Shown: piece after piece, positions 29,206 to 39,409 of the stretch
Numbering within the stretch: the first letter of the stretch is position 1
Layout: every line of letters begins with the position of its first letter
Assembly: GCA_963745025.1 (NCBI GenBank)
Contig: CAVUWD010000012.1
Location: 1 to 64,000, forward strand
From: an uncultured delta proteobacterium
GTDB lineage: Bacteria > Desulfobacterota > Binatia > JACPRU01
Reading direction: 5' to 3'
Length of the DNA stretch: 64,000 nt
The notes under the pieces: model-generated
What the model was told of the DNA's origin: nothing
The model's input: only the letters and a program-made list of their open reading frames with translations
Database searches by the model: none
Translations under genes and position numbers: made by a program

Positions 29206-30348
29206 TCAGGCCGGCAGCCTGAACGAAGCGGCGCTCGCGTGCTGGCCGACGCCGGCCCGCGCGATCAGCTGATCCTGAATCGGGACGTGCTTTTTCAGCT
29301 CGGGCATCACCTCGGCGGCGAAGAGCCGCATGTTTGCCTCGGCGATGTCGTACGGCATCCCCGCGTAGCTGAATACCGCATTGTACGCCTCGGCGCCGGT
29401 TCGCTTCTGGATGTCGAGGATCTTCTCGTAGCACTGCTCGGGCGTGCCCCAGACCTGCAAGCTCATGAAGAACTCGGTCATCGCATCGACGCCTCCCGGC
29501 GCGGAGGCCTTCAGCTGCATCTCGGCATAGGACTCGTAGCCCTTCATCTTGGTGAGGTGGTCGCCGACCAACTCGTAGTGCTTGACGACGGTCTTCCAGT
29601 AGCCGCCGATGTAGCGGTAGGCGAGCTCCTGGGCGCGATCGGCATTCTCGTCGCACAACGTCCAGCCGGCGCAGATCGGCGGCGGAGCGTCGGTGCCATT
29701 CACCTCGTGGAACGTGCGACGGTAGTCGCCGAGCTCCTTCGCCACCATGTCCCAGGGCTTCTGGGGAACGATCAGGATGCCGATTCCGAGCTTCGCCATG
29801 ATGATCGACGATTCGGGCGACACCGCCGCGGCGTAGCTACGCCCGCGGAACGACTTGAACGGGCGCGGACGGATGTCGCGGCGGGCCTGTTTCACGAACT
29901 TGCCGTCGAGCTCGCAGTAGCCGCGCTCGAGGCCTTCGAGGATCATCTGCGCCGCCTCGGTGAAGCGCTCGCGGCTCTCCTCCTGGTTGACGCCGAAGCC
30001 CTCGAACTCCACCCGGCCGAGGCCGCGCCCGATGCCGAAGATGAAGCGTCCGTTCGAGAAATGATCGAGCATCACGACCTGCTCGGCGACGCGCATCGGA
30101 TCGTGCCAGGGAAGCACGACCACCATCGAGCCGAGCTGGATCCTGTGGGTGCGTCCGGCGAAGTAGGTCAGGTACTGTAGGACGTCCGGACACATCGTGT
30201 AGTCCGTGAAGTGATGCTCGACACCCCATAGCGATTCGAAACCGAGTGGCTCGGCGAGATCGCCGAAGCGCAACTCGTTGCGGTAGACGTTACGATCCGT
30301 GCGCCCCTCGCCGCCGCCCTGAAAGATGATCGCCATCCCGACGTGCAT
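29206..30348 (-). CDS. LLM-class (luciferase-like) flavin-dependent oxidoreductase
   Basis: GGAGG RBS; EHHF, PMRVAEQ and GRFIFGIGRG. Confidence 0.92.
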   Translation of the reverse strand: MHVGMAIIFQGGGEGRTDRNVYRNELRFGDLAEPLGFESLWGVEHHFTDYTMCPDVLQYLTYFAGRTHRIQLGSMVVVLPWHDPMRVAEQVVMLDHFSNGRFIFGIGRGLGRVEFEGFGVNQEESRERFTEAAQMILEGLERGYCELDGKFVKQARRDIRPRPFKSFRGRSYAAAVSPESSIIMAKLGIGILIVPQKPWDMVAKELGDYRRTFHEVNGTDAPPPICAGWTLCDENADRAQELAYRYIGGYWKTVVKHYELVGDHLTKMKGYESYAEMQLKASAPGGVDAMTEFFMSLQVWGTPEQCYEKILDIQKRTGAEAYNAVFSYAGMPYDIAEANMRLFAAEVMPELKKHVPIQDQLIARAGVGQHASAASFRLPA

Positions 30349-30576
30349 GGTTTGCCTCCTTGTTCTTTGCCTTTCTCGTACGCCTCAGACCGCGCTCATG
30401 CGCTTTCTCGATCGTGTCCCGCGCACCGGCTGCGGCGAGGACGCGAGCATCCGTGACAATCTACCGCAGCCGCAGGATGCGGTCGCTCTTTTCCGTGGCC
30501 TGCTTCTCGCGGAACTCCATAGTTAATTGAGCGCTGTAATGCGCGATAATGCGTAGTGTCAAGAAGTTAAGAAGCG

Positions 30577-30770
30577 CTACAGGCTACGGCAAGAGGCTAC
30601 GGGAAGAGACGGCGGTAGCCGGCGCCGGATCTCGCCGCCCGGTATCTCGACCTTGATGACGTCGGCACCAAAATCGCCGAGGATGCAACCGCACAGCGGG
30701 CCGCCCACTTGATCGTCGTCTCGAGCACGCGCACCCCTGCGAGCGGTCCGGGAAAGCCCTGGAGAACTCG
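30577..30770 (-). pseudogene. N-terminal fragment of a CaiB/BaiF family III CoA-transferase
   Basis: GPLAGVRVLE..WA, a frameshift, then GPLCGCILGDFGADVIKVE.PGGE, truncated after about 55 codons. Confidence 0.75.
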
Positions 30771-30884
30771 GAATTTTCGCACCCCATAGTCGAAGCCGAG
30801 AAAAAACACACGAGGTCGCAAGCTGTCCGCGGTGCAGACTAGTTCGCACCGCTCGTGCCGCCGTTCCCGCGGGTGCCGCCGTCC

Positions 30885-31757
30885 TCACTCGTTCGGCTCG
30901 CCACCGCTCTCGCCACCGCTCTTGTGACTCTCTTCGCCGCCGCTTCCGCCCCCGCCGCTGCTGCCGCTTCCGTCCTCGCCGCTCGTAGCGCCGCCACGGT
31001 CGCCGCTTCCCTCTCCGGATCCCATCCCGCCGCCGCCATCGCCTCCGCCCGAGCCTTCTTCGACCTCGACCGAGCGTGCCTCGACCTCGCCATCACCGCC
31101 CACCTCGCCGTCCACGTCCACCGATTCGCCGGAGTTGAGGTTCGCACAACCGAGCGGGTTCCCCGCACGATCGCGAACCGATGCGCTACCCAGATCGACG
31201 GTATAGATGTTGCCGTCGTTCGGAGTCTCGCGGCTGACCATCGTCGCGGCTGGTTGGCTGCAGTTCGTGCCGTTCACCAATCCCCCGAAGCGAACGTGCT
31301 GACTGTCGGCCGTGGCCTGACCGCTACGCGCATCGACGTGCACGTTCGTCACGATCAGCTCCCCGCCCCGAGGCACGGTGATCAACAGGCGCGCGCGCGA
31401 ACCGCCCTCGGGCAGCTCGAGGAGCATGCCGACCGGTCCGGCGAAGTCGCCGCGGAGCGAGAAGAGCCCCGCCGCGTCGGTCTGTGTCTCGATCGAGGTT
31501 CCCTCGATCGAGACGCGGATACCCTCGAGCGGCCCGAGCGCGCTCGCCTCGCGTTCGAACCGCAGCATGCCGAGAACGCGAGCCAGCATCGTCGGCGGCC
31601 GCCGACTCGCCGGAGTGGCATGACGCGCGCTACTGACGCTCGCCACGTTTCCCAGGGCCGCGGTGGTGATCCCGGTGCCGCTCGAGCCTCCGTCGCAGGC
31701 GGCGGCTCCGATCGCCAGCAGCAGCGCCGGCACGAGCCTTGTCGACTTGCGATTCAT
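30885..31757 (-). CDS. Lipoprotein with DUF5666-like OB domain and Gly/Ser/Glu-rich tail
   Basis: Lipobox AAAC-DGGSSGTG; L..GESVDVDG...VEARSVEVE; low-complexity tail; coupled to the upstream gene. Confidence 0.65.
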   Translation of the reverse strand: MNRKSTRLVPALLLAIGAAACDGGSSGTGITTAALGNVASVSSARHATPASRRPPTMLARVLGMLRFEREASALGPLEGIRVSIEGTSIETQTDAAGLFSLRGDFAGPVGMLLELPEGGSRARLLITVPRGGELIVTNVHVDARSGQATADSQHVRFGGLVNGTNCSQPAATMVSRETPNDGNIYTVDLGSASVRDRAGNPLGCANLNSGESVDVDGEVGGDGEVEARSVEVEEGSGGGDGGGGMGSGEGSGDRGGATSGEDGSGSSGGGGSGGEESHKSGGESGGEPNE

Positions 31758-32635
31758 TTCTTCGACTCCTCGTCTCCGTGTCGCAACCGCTCTCGGGGCG
31801 CCGCGCGTACCGCTTTTTTCGAGTAGGGTGATTCGAAGTAGTAGACACCGAGACCCGCAAGATGCCGCTCACCGGCGGGCGCTTTCGGGTTGCGATCGCG
31901 GTCGTATTTGGCCAACAGTCGGTCGATCTGCCGCAGGAACGCCTCGGCGGTGGAACGAACCCGCCGCCGGAGCTTCACCATTCCGTCGGCGCCGACGTTG
32001 TCGTACGACACGCGGCGCTGCAGCAGCGGTTCGCTCACCTCCTCGAAGATGTTGCGCAGCATGGTCTCGACGAGATCCGCCGGGTCCTCGCAGAGCATCG
32101 CGAGCTTCTCCGCACGGCCGAGCTTCGGCACGTAGGCGTCGCTCTTCAGCACGACCCAGACGTCGCCGCGAAGCTCCGCGGCTCCCGTGCGCAGCAGCTC
32201 GTCGAGAATCGCCCGCGCCGGCAGATCCACTGTGACTTGCTCGGCAAGCTTGACGAAGCTCGGCCCGCGAGCCGCCTTGTACGGGATCGGCTTCGGTCGC
32301 CCCCTTCGATCGGTGGCGCTCGGATCACCGCGCCAACGACTGATCAGGCTGGCCGCCTGATTCCGGCCGAACGAGGGCAGGCGCTCCGCCTCCGGGCTCC
32401 GCGAGCGGATTCGCCGCACCTCCTTGCGGTTGATGCCGGTGATCAGCGAGATGCGACTGTCGGTCTGACGCCGGCCGGCGAGTGCGAAGTCCTCATCCGC
32501 GACCTCGATTACGAGTTCGCGTAGCCGCGACTCGAGCAAGCCGAATGGAACGCCCGCGGCGAGTAAGCGGCGAACGATCGGGCGCAAGGTTTCCGCCGCT
32601 CCTTGCAGCAATCCCTCTCCCGTCTCTTGCGACAT
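31754..32635 (-). CDS. DUF6502-like protein with HTH-like segment
   Basis: LRPIVRRLL, TDSRISLITGINRKEV, WRGDP...GRPK and GLGVYYFE. Confidence 0.75.
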   Translation of the reverse strand: MSQETGEGLLQGAAETLRPIVRRLLAAGVPFGLLESRLRELVIEVADEDFALAGRRQTDSRISLITGINRKEVRRIRSRSPEAERLPSFGRNQAASLISRWRGDPSATDRRGRPKPIPYKAARGPSFVKLAEQVTVDLPARAILDELLRTGAAELRGDVWVVLKSDAYVPKLGRAEKLAMLCEDPADLVETMLRNIFEEVSEPLLQRRVSYDNVGADGMVKLRRRVRSTAEAFLRQIDRLLAKYDRDRNPKAPAGERHLAGLGVYYFESPYSKKAVRAAPRERLRHGDEESKK

Positions 32636-32677
32636 GTTGGCATGCTAGCGGAACGACTAGAGAGGCGCTATATATCC

Positions 32678-32716
32678 AATGGGATTTTTCTTAATATAAT
32701 GGGATTTTTGCCCATT
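32678..32716. promoter_or_regulatory. Candidate operator: direct repeat plus palindrome
   Basis: AATGGGATTTTT at 32678 and 32698 (20-bp period); AATGGG-N7-CCCATT at 32698-32716. Confidence 0.6.
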
Positions 32717-33090
32717 TCGAGCTTGACCGCCACCTGGACGAGAATCAGGACGACGGTGGCATCCCGAGGACCAAGGCGGCTCTATGCGACCGATGGTTCG
32801 TCAGAGAGCAGCTCTGCGAGCGGCAGCGGTTCCTCCGAGGATGGCCGCTCGGACGGGTAGTTTCGAGCCTGCCGGATCTCCCCGGCAGACGAACGCGGAG
32901 ATCTGCCTCTCGAACCGATTACGCGACCCGTGATTCCGTCGCGGTTTCCAGTCATTCAATAAGTGATATCCGTACCAAACGGCGATCATATGTGTGCAAG
33001 AATGTCGTGCTTACGACGATCCTTTGCTGCGTCGATCGTATAATCGGGAAAAAACCTCCGTAAATCCGCTCCCTGTATCGGCAAGCTAAG

Positions 33091-33106
33091 AGGTACGAAG
33101 CTTGCT
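33091..33106 (+). promoter_or_regulatory. Sigma-54-type -24/-12 motif
   Basis: AGGTACGAAGCTTGCT upstream of the PilB-like gene. Confidence 0.55.
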
Positions 33107-33132
33107 GTAGCTCTCAGCGATCCGCGAGTGGC

Positions 33133-35715
33133 GTGAATCGCGGACACTTATCGTCAGTGCGCAACATCCACGGAGGAACGATCGTGCCCGAGTCCGCAAC
33201 GACGACACCACGGCCACCCGGTTTGGCCTCGACGCCCCAACGGACCAACGGCGCGAAAGTAGCTCAACTCGATTCGCACGCGGGGAAGTCGCCGGTAAGC
33301 GAAAGCCTCGTCGCTGACCAGCGCTTGCTTGGATTCCTCATGAAGATCGGCAAGCTCGACCGTCGCGAAGCGGAGGCGGCAAGGAATGCCTGCCAGGCCA
33401 AGGGGGCCTCGGCGATCGAGCTCCTCGCTTCGGGCGACCCGCAGCACGAGGAAGACCTCGCCGCGGCGATCGCCCACGGGCTCGGACTGCCGCTCCTGAA
33501 GCTCGCTACCGTAAACATTGACGAATGGGCCGCCGATCTCGTGGACGAGGCGACAGCGACCCGCTTCGCGTTGATCGCCGTCGGCGCCGACGACGAGACG
33601 GTCACGCTGGTGATGGCCAATCCCTTCGATCAGGAAGCGATCAAGTATGTCGAGTTCGCCACCGAACGTCGTGTTCGCCGTGCGGTCGGCGCTCGCGGCG
33701 ACATCCTGCAGGCGGTGTCCGAAGTCTACAGCCACGCAGAGACCCTGGCCACGGTGCTCGCCGGCGTGCCCGAGGATGCGTCGGTCGAGGTGATCCCGGG
33801 AACGACACCGTCTTCGGAGGCTCACGACATCGACCCGAGGAAGCTCGCGCAGGAGGCCGAGCAGGCGCCGATCATCAAGATGGTGAATCTAATTCTCGTC
33901 GACGCCATCGCCTCGAAGGCCAGCGACATTCATATCGAGCCGAGCCCGAACGTCGTGCTGGTCCGCTACCGGCTCGACGGTATGCTCGTCGAGGGGCATC
34001 AGCTGCCGAAGTGGGTACAGAATCCGCTCACCGCGCGCATCAAGATCATGGCGAAGGCCGACATCACCGAGCGGCGAACTCCCCAGGACGGCCACTTCAC
34101 GATCCGCCACGACGAGAGGCTCGTCGACGTGCGCGTCTCGGTGCTGCCGACCACGGACGGCGAGAAGTTCGTACTGCGGCTGCTCGACCCGAACGCCACC
34201 TCCCGCAAGCTCGACGCGCTCGGCATGAGCCCGCAGGACCTGGCGAAGATTCGTCAGCTCATCCGCAAGCCCGAGGGCATGATTCTCGTTACGGGTCCGA
34301 CCGGTAGCGGCAAGAGCAGCACGCTCTGCGCGATGATCGAGGAGATCTTCTCGCCGCACCGAAACATCGTCACGATCGAGAATCCGGTCGAGTTCAATAT
34401 CAAGGGCGTCACCCAGGTCGAGGTCAACGAGAAGCAAGGCCTTACCTTCGCGAGCGTGCTGCGCTCCGTGCTGAGGCAGGACCCGGACGTCATCATGGTG
34501 GGAGAGATCCGCGACCGCGAGACGGCCGAGATCGCCTTCCGCGCCGCCCAGACGGGGCACCTCGTGCTGTCCACCCTGCACACGAACGATACGGTCTCGA
34601 CGATCACTCGCCTCCTCGACCTCGGCATCGAGCCGTATCTCATCGCGCCGTCGCTGATCGCCATCATCGCGCAGCGTCTGGTGCGCAAGGTGTGCGAGCA
34701 CTGCGCCGAGCCGGCAGTGGGCGAGGGCCCGACGCTCCATCGCGAGCGAAGGCTACGCGAGGGTAAAGGCTGTGCGGTGTGCCACGGCACGGGCTACGTC
34801 GGTCGCACGGGCTGCTACGAAGTACTCGAGATCAGCAAGGGGATGCAGCGCCTGATCGAGGCCAAGGCGCCGGAGAGCCAGATCCGCATACTGGGCGAGG
34901 ATGAAGGCATGATCTCGCTGCGCGAGAACACGCTCGTCAAGGTCGAAGGCGGATTGACCACGACCGAGGAAGCGGCGCGCGTGATTCAGTTCGAGTCTCG
35001 CGGGCCGAAGTGTCCACAGTGCCTGAACCCGGTGGAAGAGCAGTTCGTCACCTGTCCGTACTGCCGTCATTCCCTGCGCTCGGCGTGTCGCGCGTGCGGC
35101 ATGACGCTCAAGAAGAACTGGACGAGCTGCCCCTACTGCGAGGCGTCGTCGGCCGACACACCGCCGGCGACGAAGCCCGCGCCGGCCGCGCCGAGCCCGG
35201 TCGAGCAAGGCGAGACACGGCCGGAGGCCTCAGCGGGGGAGGTCGTCGGCCAAACGAGCGAGAAGGCGAAGATCCTCGTCGTCGACGATTACGCCGACGT
35301 GCGCATGTTCATCCGCACCGCGCTGCAGTCGGACGGAAACGACGTGATCGTGGAGGAAGCGGAGAGCGGGGCCGACGCGCTCGCCCGAATCGAGACGGAC
35401 AAGCCGCATCTCATCATCCTCGACCTGATGATGCCGGGGATGGACGGCTACGAGGTCTGCCGGCGCCTGCGCGCGAATCTGAAGACCGCGTTCATTCCCA
35501 TTCTGATGCTCACCGCGCTCGCCGACACCAAGAGCAAGAGCCTCGGCTTCCTGGCGGGAACGGACGACTATCTGGTCAAGCCCTTCGAGAACGCAGAGCT
35601 GCGGTCTCGCGTCGGCTGGCTGCTGCAGCGCTCGTATCGCCTGGCTGCGAAGAAGGGGGACTTCAAAATCGGCGAGACTCCCAGCCGCACGCCCGCGCAA
35701 GGAACGTCGCAATGA
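33133..35715 (+). CDS. GspE/PilB-type ATPase fused to a double zinc ribbon and a receiver domain
   Basis: ASDIHIEP, Walker A GPTGSGKS, RQDPDVIMVGEIRD and STLH; CPQC/CPYC/CRAC/CPYC; REC motifs VVDD, LDLMMP and KPF. An alternative start is GTG 33184 after GGAGG. Confidence 0.9.
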   Translation: MNRGHLSSVRNIHGGTIVPESATTTPRPPGLASTPQRTNGAKVAQLDSHAGKSPVSESLVADQRLLGFLMKIGKLDRREAEAARNACQAKGASAIELLASGDPQHEEDLAAAIAHGLGLPLLKLATVNIDEWAADLVDEATATRFALIAVGADDETVTLVMANPFDQEAIKYVEFATERRVRRAVGARGDILQAVSEVYSHAETLATVLAGVPEDASVEVIPGTTPSSEAHDIDPRKLAQEAEQAPIIKMVNLILVDAIASKASDIHIEPSPNVVLVRYRLDGMLVEGHQLPKWVQNPLTARIKIMAKADITERRTPQDGHFTIRHDERLVDVRVSVLPTTDGEKFVLRLLDPNATSRKLDALGMSPQDLAKIRQLIRKPEGMILVTGPTGSGKSSTLCAMIEEIFSPHRNIVTIENPVEFNIKGVTQVEVNEKQGLTFASVLRSVLRQDPDVIMVGEIRDRETAEIAFRAAQTGHLVLSTLHTNDTVSTITRLLDLGIEPYLIAPSLIAIIAQRLVRKVCEHCAEPAVGEGPTLHRERRLREGKGCAVCHGTGYVGRTGCYEVLEISKGMQRLIEAKAPESQIRILGEDEGMISLRENTLVKVEGGLTTTEEAARVIQFESRGPKCPQCLNPVEEQFVTCPYCRHSLRSACRACGMTLKKNWTSCPYCEASSADTPPATKPAPAAPSPVEQGETRPEASAGEVVGQTSEKAKILVVDDYADVRMFIRTALQSDGNDVIVEEAESGADALARIETDKPHLIILDLMMPGMDGYEVCRRLRANLKTAFIPILMLTALADTKSKSLGFLAGTDDYLVKPFENAELRSRVGWLLQRSYRLAAKKGDFKIGETPSRTPAQGTSQ

Positions 35716-35797
35716 GGCTCTGACGGGGACGTCCCTTATCAACAATGCCGGCTGATGATTCCGGCTCGATACGGGAGATCAGGATGCAGCGTCCCCA

Positions 35798-37333
35798 TCA
35801 TGCGCCCGCAGCGAAGGCGACCTCGAAGACCGCGCCCCCTTCGGGCGGAAACTCGGCGGCGACGGTTCCTCCCTGAGCGGCGACGAGCGCCTGGACGATG
35901 AATAGGCCGAGGCCCGACGAATCGGCTCGCTGCGATCCCATCTCGTTGAAGCGCTGGAAGAGCTTCGGGCGCTGGTCTTCGGGAATACCCGGGCCCTGGT
36001 CCCGGACACGGACCACGACCGAGCCGTTCCGAACGGCGGTCTCCACCCGTACGCTGCTCTTCGTCGGGGAGAACTTGATCGCGTTGTTCACGAGGTTGGC
36101 GACAACGCGGTCGATGAGCCGCGGATCGAGGAGAGCCATGGGGCCCGAACGATCCAAAAGGACCTCGAGCCGGATCTGCTTCACGCGCGCTCGACTCTCC
36201 TGGTGGCGGAGCACGCGCTGGATCGTCTCGTTGAGAAAGACCGGCTCGAGCCTGGGAGCGAGCGAGCCGCTTTGGATCTGCGAGGCGTCGACGAAGTTCA
36301 TGGCCAGGCTGAGTGCGGAGTGTGCGTTGGCCTCGATGCGGGCGAGAAATTCGTCGCGCTGGGGCTCGTCGGGCGGTAGATCGCGGAGGATCTCGGCAAA
36401 ACCGAGCACCGCGCTCAAGAGATTCTTGAGATTGTGCGAGAGTATCGCCACGAGATCCTGGCGCACGCCGTCGACGCGCTTTCGCTCCGAAATGTCCCGC
36501 GACGCCGTAAGCACTTCGCTCGGCGCCTGCGTCACCGAATCGTGCAGCACACGCAGCGCCGTCTCCAGCCAGACGTAGCTGTCGTCGTTCCGCCGCACGC
36601 GGTAGCTCACGGTCGCGATACCGGGCTCCGCGGCCGCCGCCGCGCGGATTTTCGCGCGCACGGGTTCCACGTCGTCCGGATAGAAGAACTCGAAATAGGA
36701 CTTTCCGACCATCTCCTTGGGCTCGTACCCGAGGAGCGATCGGCACGCGGGGGACGCGTAGGTCATGACCCCGTCCATCCGGTGACGAGCGATGAAGTCC
36801 GACGACTGGTCCGCCAGCATGCGGTAGCGCTCCTCGCTTGCCCGAAGCGCCTCCTCGGTGCGCCGAGACTCGGTCACGTCCTCCGTCGTGCCCACGTAAC
36901 CTGCCACACGGCCTTGCGGGGAACGAACGACGTTCGCCCGCGCTCGGACCCAGCGCTCCTCACCCGTGGGCGTCAGAAACCGGAACTCGACCGACAACGC
37001 CTTGCCTTCCGCGGCGGCCGTCCTCTGCGCTTCCGCAACGCGCGGACGATCCTCGGGATGGATCGCGCGCAGGTAACCATCCTCCAAGCTTTCCTCGAGC
37101 GTGAGCCCGGCCATCTCCTGAAACCGGGGGTTCGTGTAGAGGCATTTGCCGCGCGCGTCGGTTTCGTAGATGCCGATCGGCGCGGCCGCGCTCAACGTGC
37201 GGAAGCGCTCTGCGCTCCGGCGAAGCTCGTCGGCGGTGTGCGCGCTCTCGGCCGCTTCGCGGGCGAAATTCGCCGCGCGCTCTTGGACGACTGGATCCGT
37301 CATCCGCACCGACTCATCCGTTGGCACCCCCAC
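35798..37333 (-). CDS. PAS-PAS sensor histidine kinase
   Basis: Two PAS/PAC domains; H-box SHNLKN; NLVNNAIKF, DQGPGI and GLGL. The start may be ATG 37303. Confidence 0.9.
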   Translation of the reverse strand: MGVPTDESVRMTDPVVQERAANFAREAAESAHTADELRRSAERFRTLSAAAPIGIYETDARGKCLYTNPRFQEMAGLTLEESLEDGYLRAIHPEDRPRVAEAQRTAAAEGKALSVEFRFLTPTGEERWVRARANVVRSPQGRVAGYVGTTEDVTESRRTEEALRASEERYRMLADQSSDFIARHRMDGVMTYASPACRSLLGYEPKEMVGKSYFEFFYPDDVEPVRAKIRAAAAAEPGIATVSYRVRRNDDSYVWLETALRVLHDSVTQAPSEVLTASRDISERKRVDGVRQDLVAILSHNLKNLLSAVLGFAEILRDLPPDEPQRDEFLARIEANAHSALSLAMNFVDASQIQSGSLAPRLEPVFLNETIQRVLRHQESRARVKQIRLEVLLDRSGPMALLDPRLIDRVVANLVNNAIKFSPTKSSVRVETAVRNGSVVVRVRDQGPGIPEDQRPKLFQRFNEMGSQRADSSGLGLFIVQALVAAQGGTVAAEFPPEGGAVFEVAFAAGA

Positions 37334-37398
37334 TTCGCGTTATTGTAACCGGAAGGGGCGGATTCTTGAAATCGTGGCGACCGCTGCGCGGAAACGGA

Positions 37399-39093
37399 TC
37401 ATTCGGAGTGGGGGGGAGGCGCCTCGGTGCGCTCGAGACGGGCCCGCAACTCCCGTTTCAACACTTTTCCGGTCGGATTTCGTGGCAGCTCGTCGACACG
37501 CTCGAAGCGGCGCGGGACCTTGTATCCCGCGAGGCTCGTCTTGCAGAACGCGATCAGCTCCTCCGTCGCGGGGATCTCCGCGGGCTTGCGAGCAACGACA
37601 AACGCGACGAGGGCCTCGCCCCACTTTTCGTCGGGGACGCCGATGACCGCCGCCTCGCGAATCGCCGAATGGGTGGTCAGCACGGATTCGATCTCCGCCG
37701 GATAGACGTTCATGCCGCCGCTGATCACCATGTCCGTCTTGCGGCCGACGAGCTGCAGATAGCCGCGCGAATCACGCAGGGCGAGGTCACCGACGCTGAA
37801 GTAATCGCCGAAGCGTGACGCGCGCGTGGCCGCGTCGTTGCCGTGGTAGCCCTCGACGGTGAGGGAGCTGCGGGCGAAGAGCTCGCCGACTTCGCCGTCC
37901 GCAACCGGGCGACGATGATCGTCGAGGAGCAAGACGTCGACGCCGGGGAATGGGCGCCCGACTGTGCCGGGGCAGGCGCGCTTGTCCTCGGGGCTAGCCA
38001 CCGTGACGTAGCCCATCTCGGTCGAGCCGTAGACGTCGTAGAGCACGTCGCCGAAGGACTCGCGAGCGGCAATTTCCAAACTCTCCGGCAGCGTCGAGCC
38101 AGTGGTGACGATCATCCGTAAGCTCGAGGTGTCGAACTTCGCGCGTTCTTCGGCGGGCTCGTCGAGAATGGCACGCAACATGGTCGGCACCAGCGCGCTC
38201 GTGGTGATCTTCTCTCGGTCCACGGTCGCGAGAAAGTCGATGGGGTCGAATTTCTCGAGAATGTACAGCGTGGCTCCGAGCGAGAGATGTACCGCGGCGA
38301 ATCCCGACCCCGTGGCGTGGTACAGAGGCGCCGCGATCAGGTGGCGGTCGGAGCGGCGAAACGGCACGCGCCGAAGCAAGCCCAGGACCTCCGTGAGCCT
38401 GGCCTTGGCCAGGTCACGCACCGCGCCTTTCGGCTTGCCCGTCGTTCCCGACGTGTAGAGGATCGTCCGGCTTCCCCCGCGCCGCCACTCGGCGGGCGGC
38501 TCGTCCTCCGAGCCAAGCGCGAGGAAGATCTCGTACGGGACGAAGCCGCTACCCTGCTCCGGTCCGACGGCGACCAGCCGATCCTGCTCGAAGCCGAGCT
38601 CCGCGGTCGCTTCGTGAACGACGGACGCGTACTTCACGTCGAAGAGAAACACGGTCGCACCGGAGTTCTCGAGGAGATAGCGCACTTCCGGCGCGGTATA
38701 GCGGTACGAGACGAAGACCGCGGAGGCGCCGACCTTCTGGCAGCCGGCCATCGCCTCGAACCACTCGATCGAATTCCCGAGCATGATCGCGACGCGATCA
38801 CCGGACTCGACGTCGATCGAATGGAGCGCATTGGCGAGACGATTGATCCGCGCATTCGCCTGCCGCCAGGTGAAACAGCGCTCGCCCTGAACGAGCGCCG
38901 GTTTGTCGGGCGTGTCTGCCGCATAGATTGGCCAGACGACCGCGGGGTGAAAGTCTCCCGCAGCGATGCGCCGGGTTACCTCGACTAGCCCATCGAGAGA
39001 CTCGAGGCCGAAGCCGGCTGCATCGTAGAGGGCACGCAGCGAATCGAGGAGATCGCAGGCGGATTCTGCCGCGCTGGTGAGGAGCTGGGTCAT
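37399..39093 (-). CDS. Acyl-CoA synthetase (AMP-binding)
   Basis: YTSGTTGKPKG, YGSTE, GD, GRKTDMVISGG and PRNPTGK. Confidence 0.92.
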   Translation of the reverse strand: MTQLLTSAAESACDLLDSLRALYDAAGFGLESLDGLVEVTRRIAAGDFHPAVVWPIYAADTPDKPALVQGERCFTWRQANARINRLANALHSIDVESGDRVAIMLGNSIEWFEAMAGCQKVGASAVFVSYRYTAPEVRYLLENSGATVFLFDVKYASVVHEATAELGFEQDRLVAVGPEQGSGFVPYEIFLALGSEDEPPAEWRRGGSRTILYTSGTTGKPKGAVRDLAKARLTEVLGLLRRVPFRRSDRHLIAAPLYHATGSGFAAVHLSLGATLYILEKFDPIDFLATVDREKITTSALVPTMLRAILDEPAEERAKFDTSSLRMIVTTGSTLPESLEIAARESFGDVLYDVYGSTEMGYVTVASPEDKRACPGTVGRPFPGVDVLLLDDHRRPVADGEVGELFARSSLTVEGYHGNDAATRASRFGDYFSVGDLALRDSRGYLQLVGRKTDMVISGGMNVYPAEIESVLTTHSAIREAAVIGVPDEKWGEALVAFVVARKPAEIPATEELIAFCKTSLAGYKVPRRFERVDELPRNPTGKVLKRELRARLERTEAPPPHSE

Positions 39094-39409
39094 TGCTCGT
39101 CCCCCCGAACCGCGAGCCGCACCCGGCCGAGCAACTCATTCGCACCTGTCACTAAACAAGTCATGCGTTCCCGTCCCCGCTGAAAGGAAAACCCTTGTAA
39201 CAAATCTCGTACGGCTTCTCCCGACTCACGTCATGAGATCATGGTACAAACTCGCTACAGGACTAAAGATAAATTGGACAATTTCGCACACAAACGATTG
39301 AGTTTCCCTACTATTTTACCGGAGTTCTTTAATCGTATTTGTATGCTGATCCTAGCTAAAGTCGTCATTTGTCGAGCTTCTTCCGCAGCCGATTTCGGCT
39401 GCCTTCATG

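Noticed and set aside
30895-31060. CGCCACCGCTCT and GCC-rich repeats
   Set aside because: They are explained by the Gly/Ser/Glu low-complexity tail of the lipoprotein.
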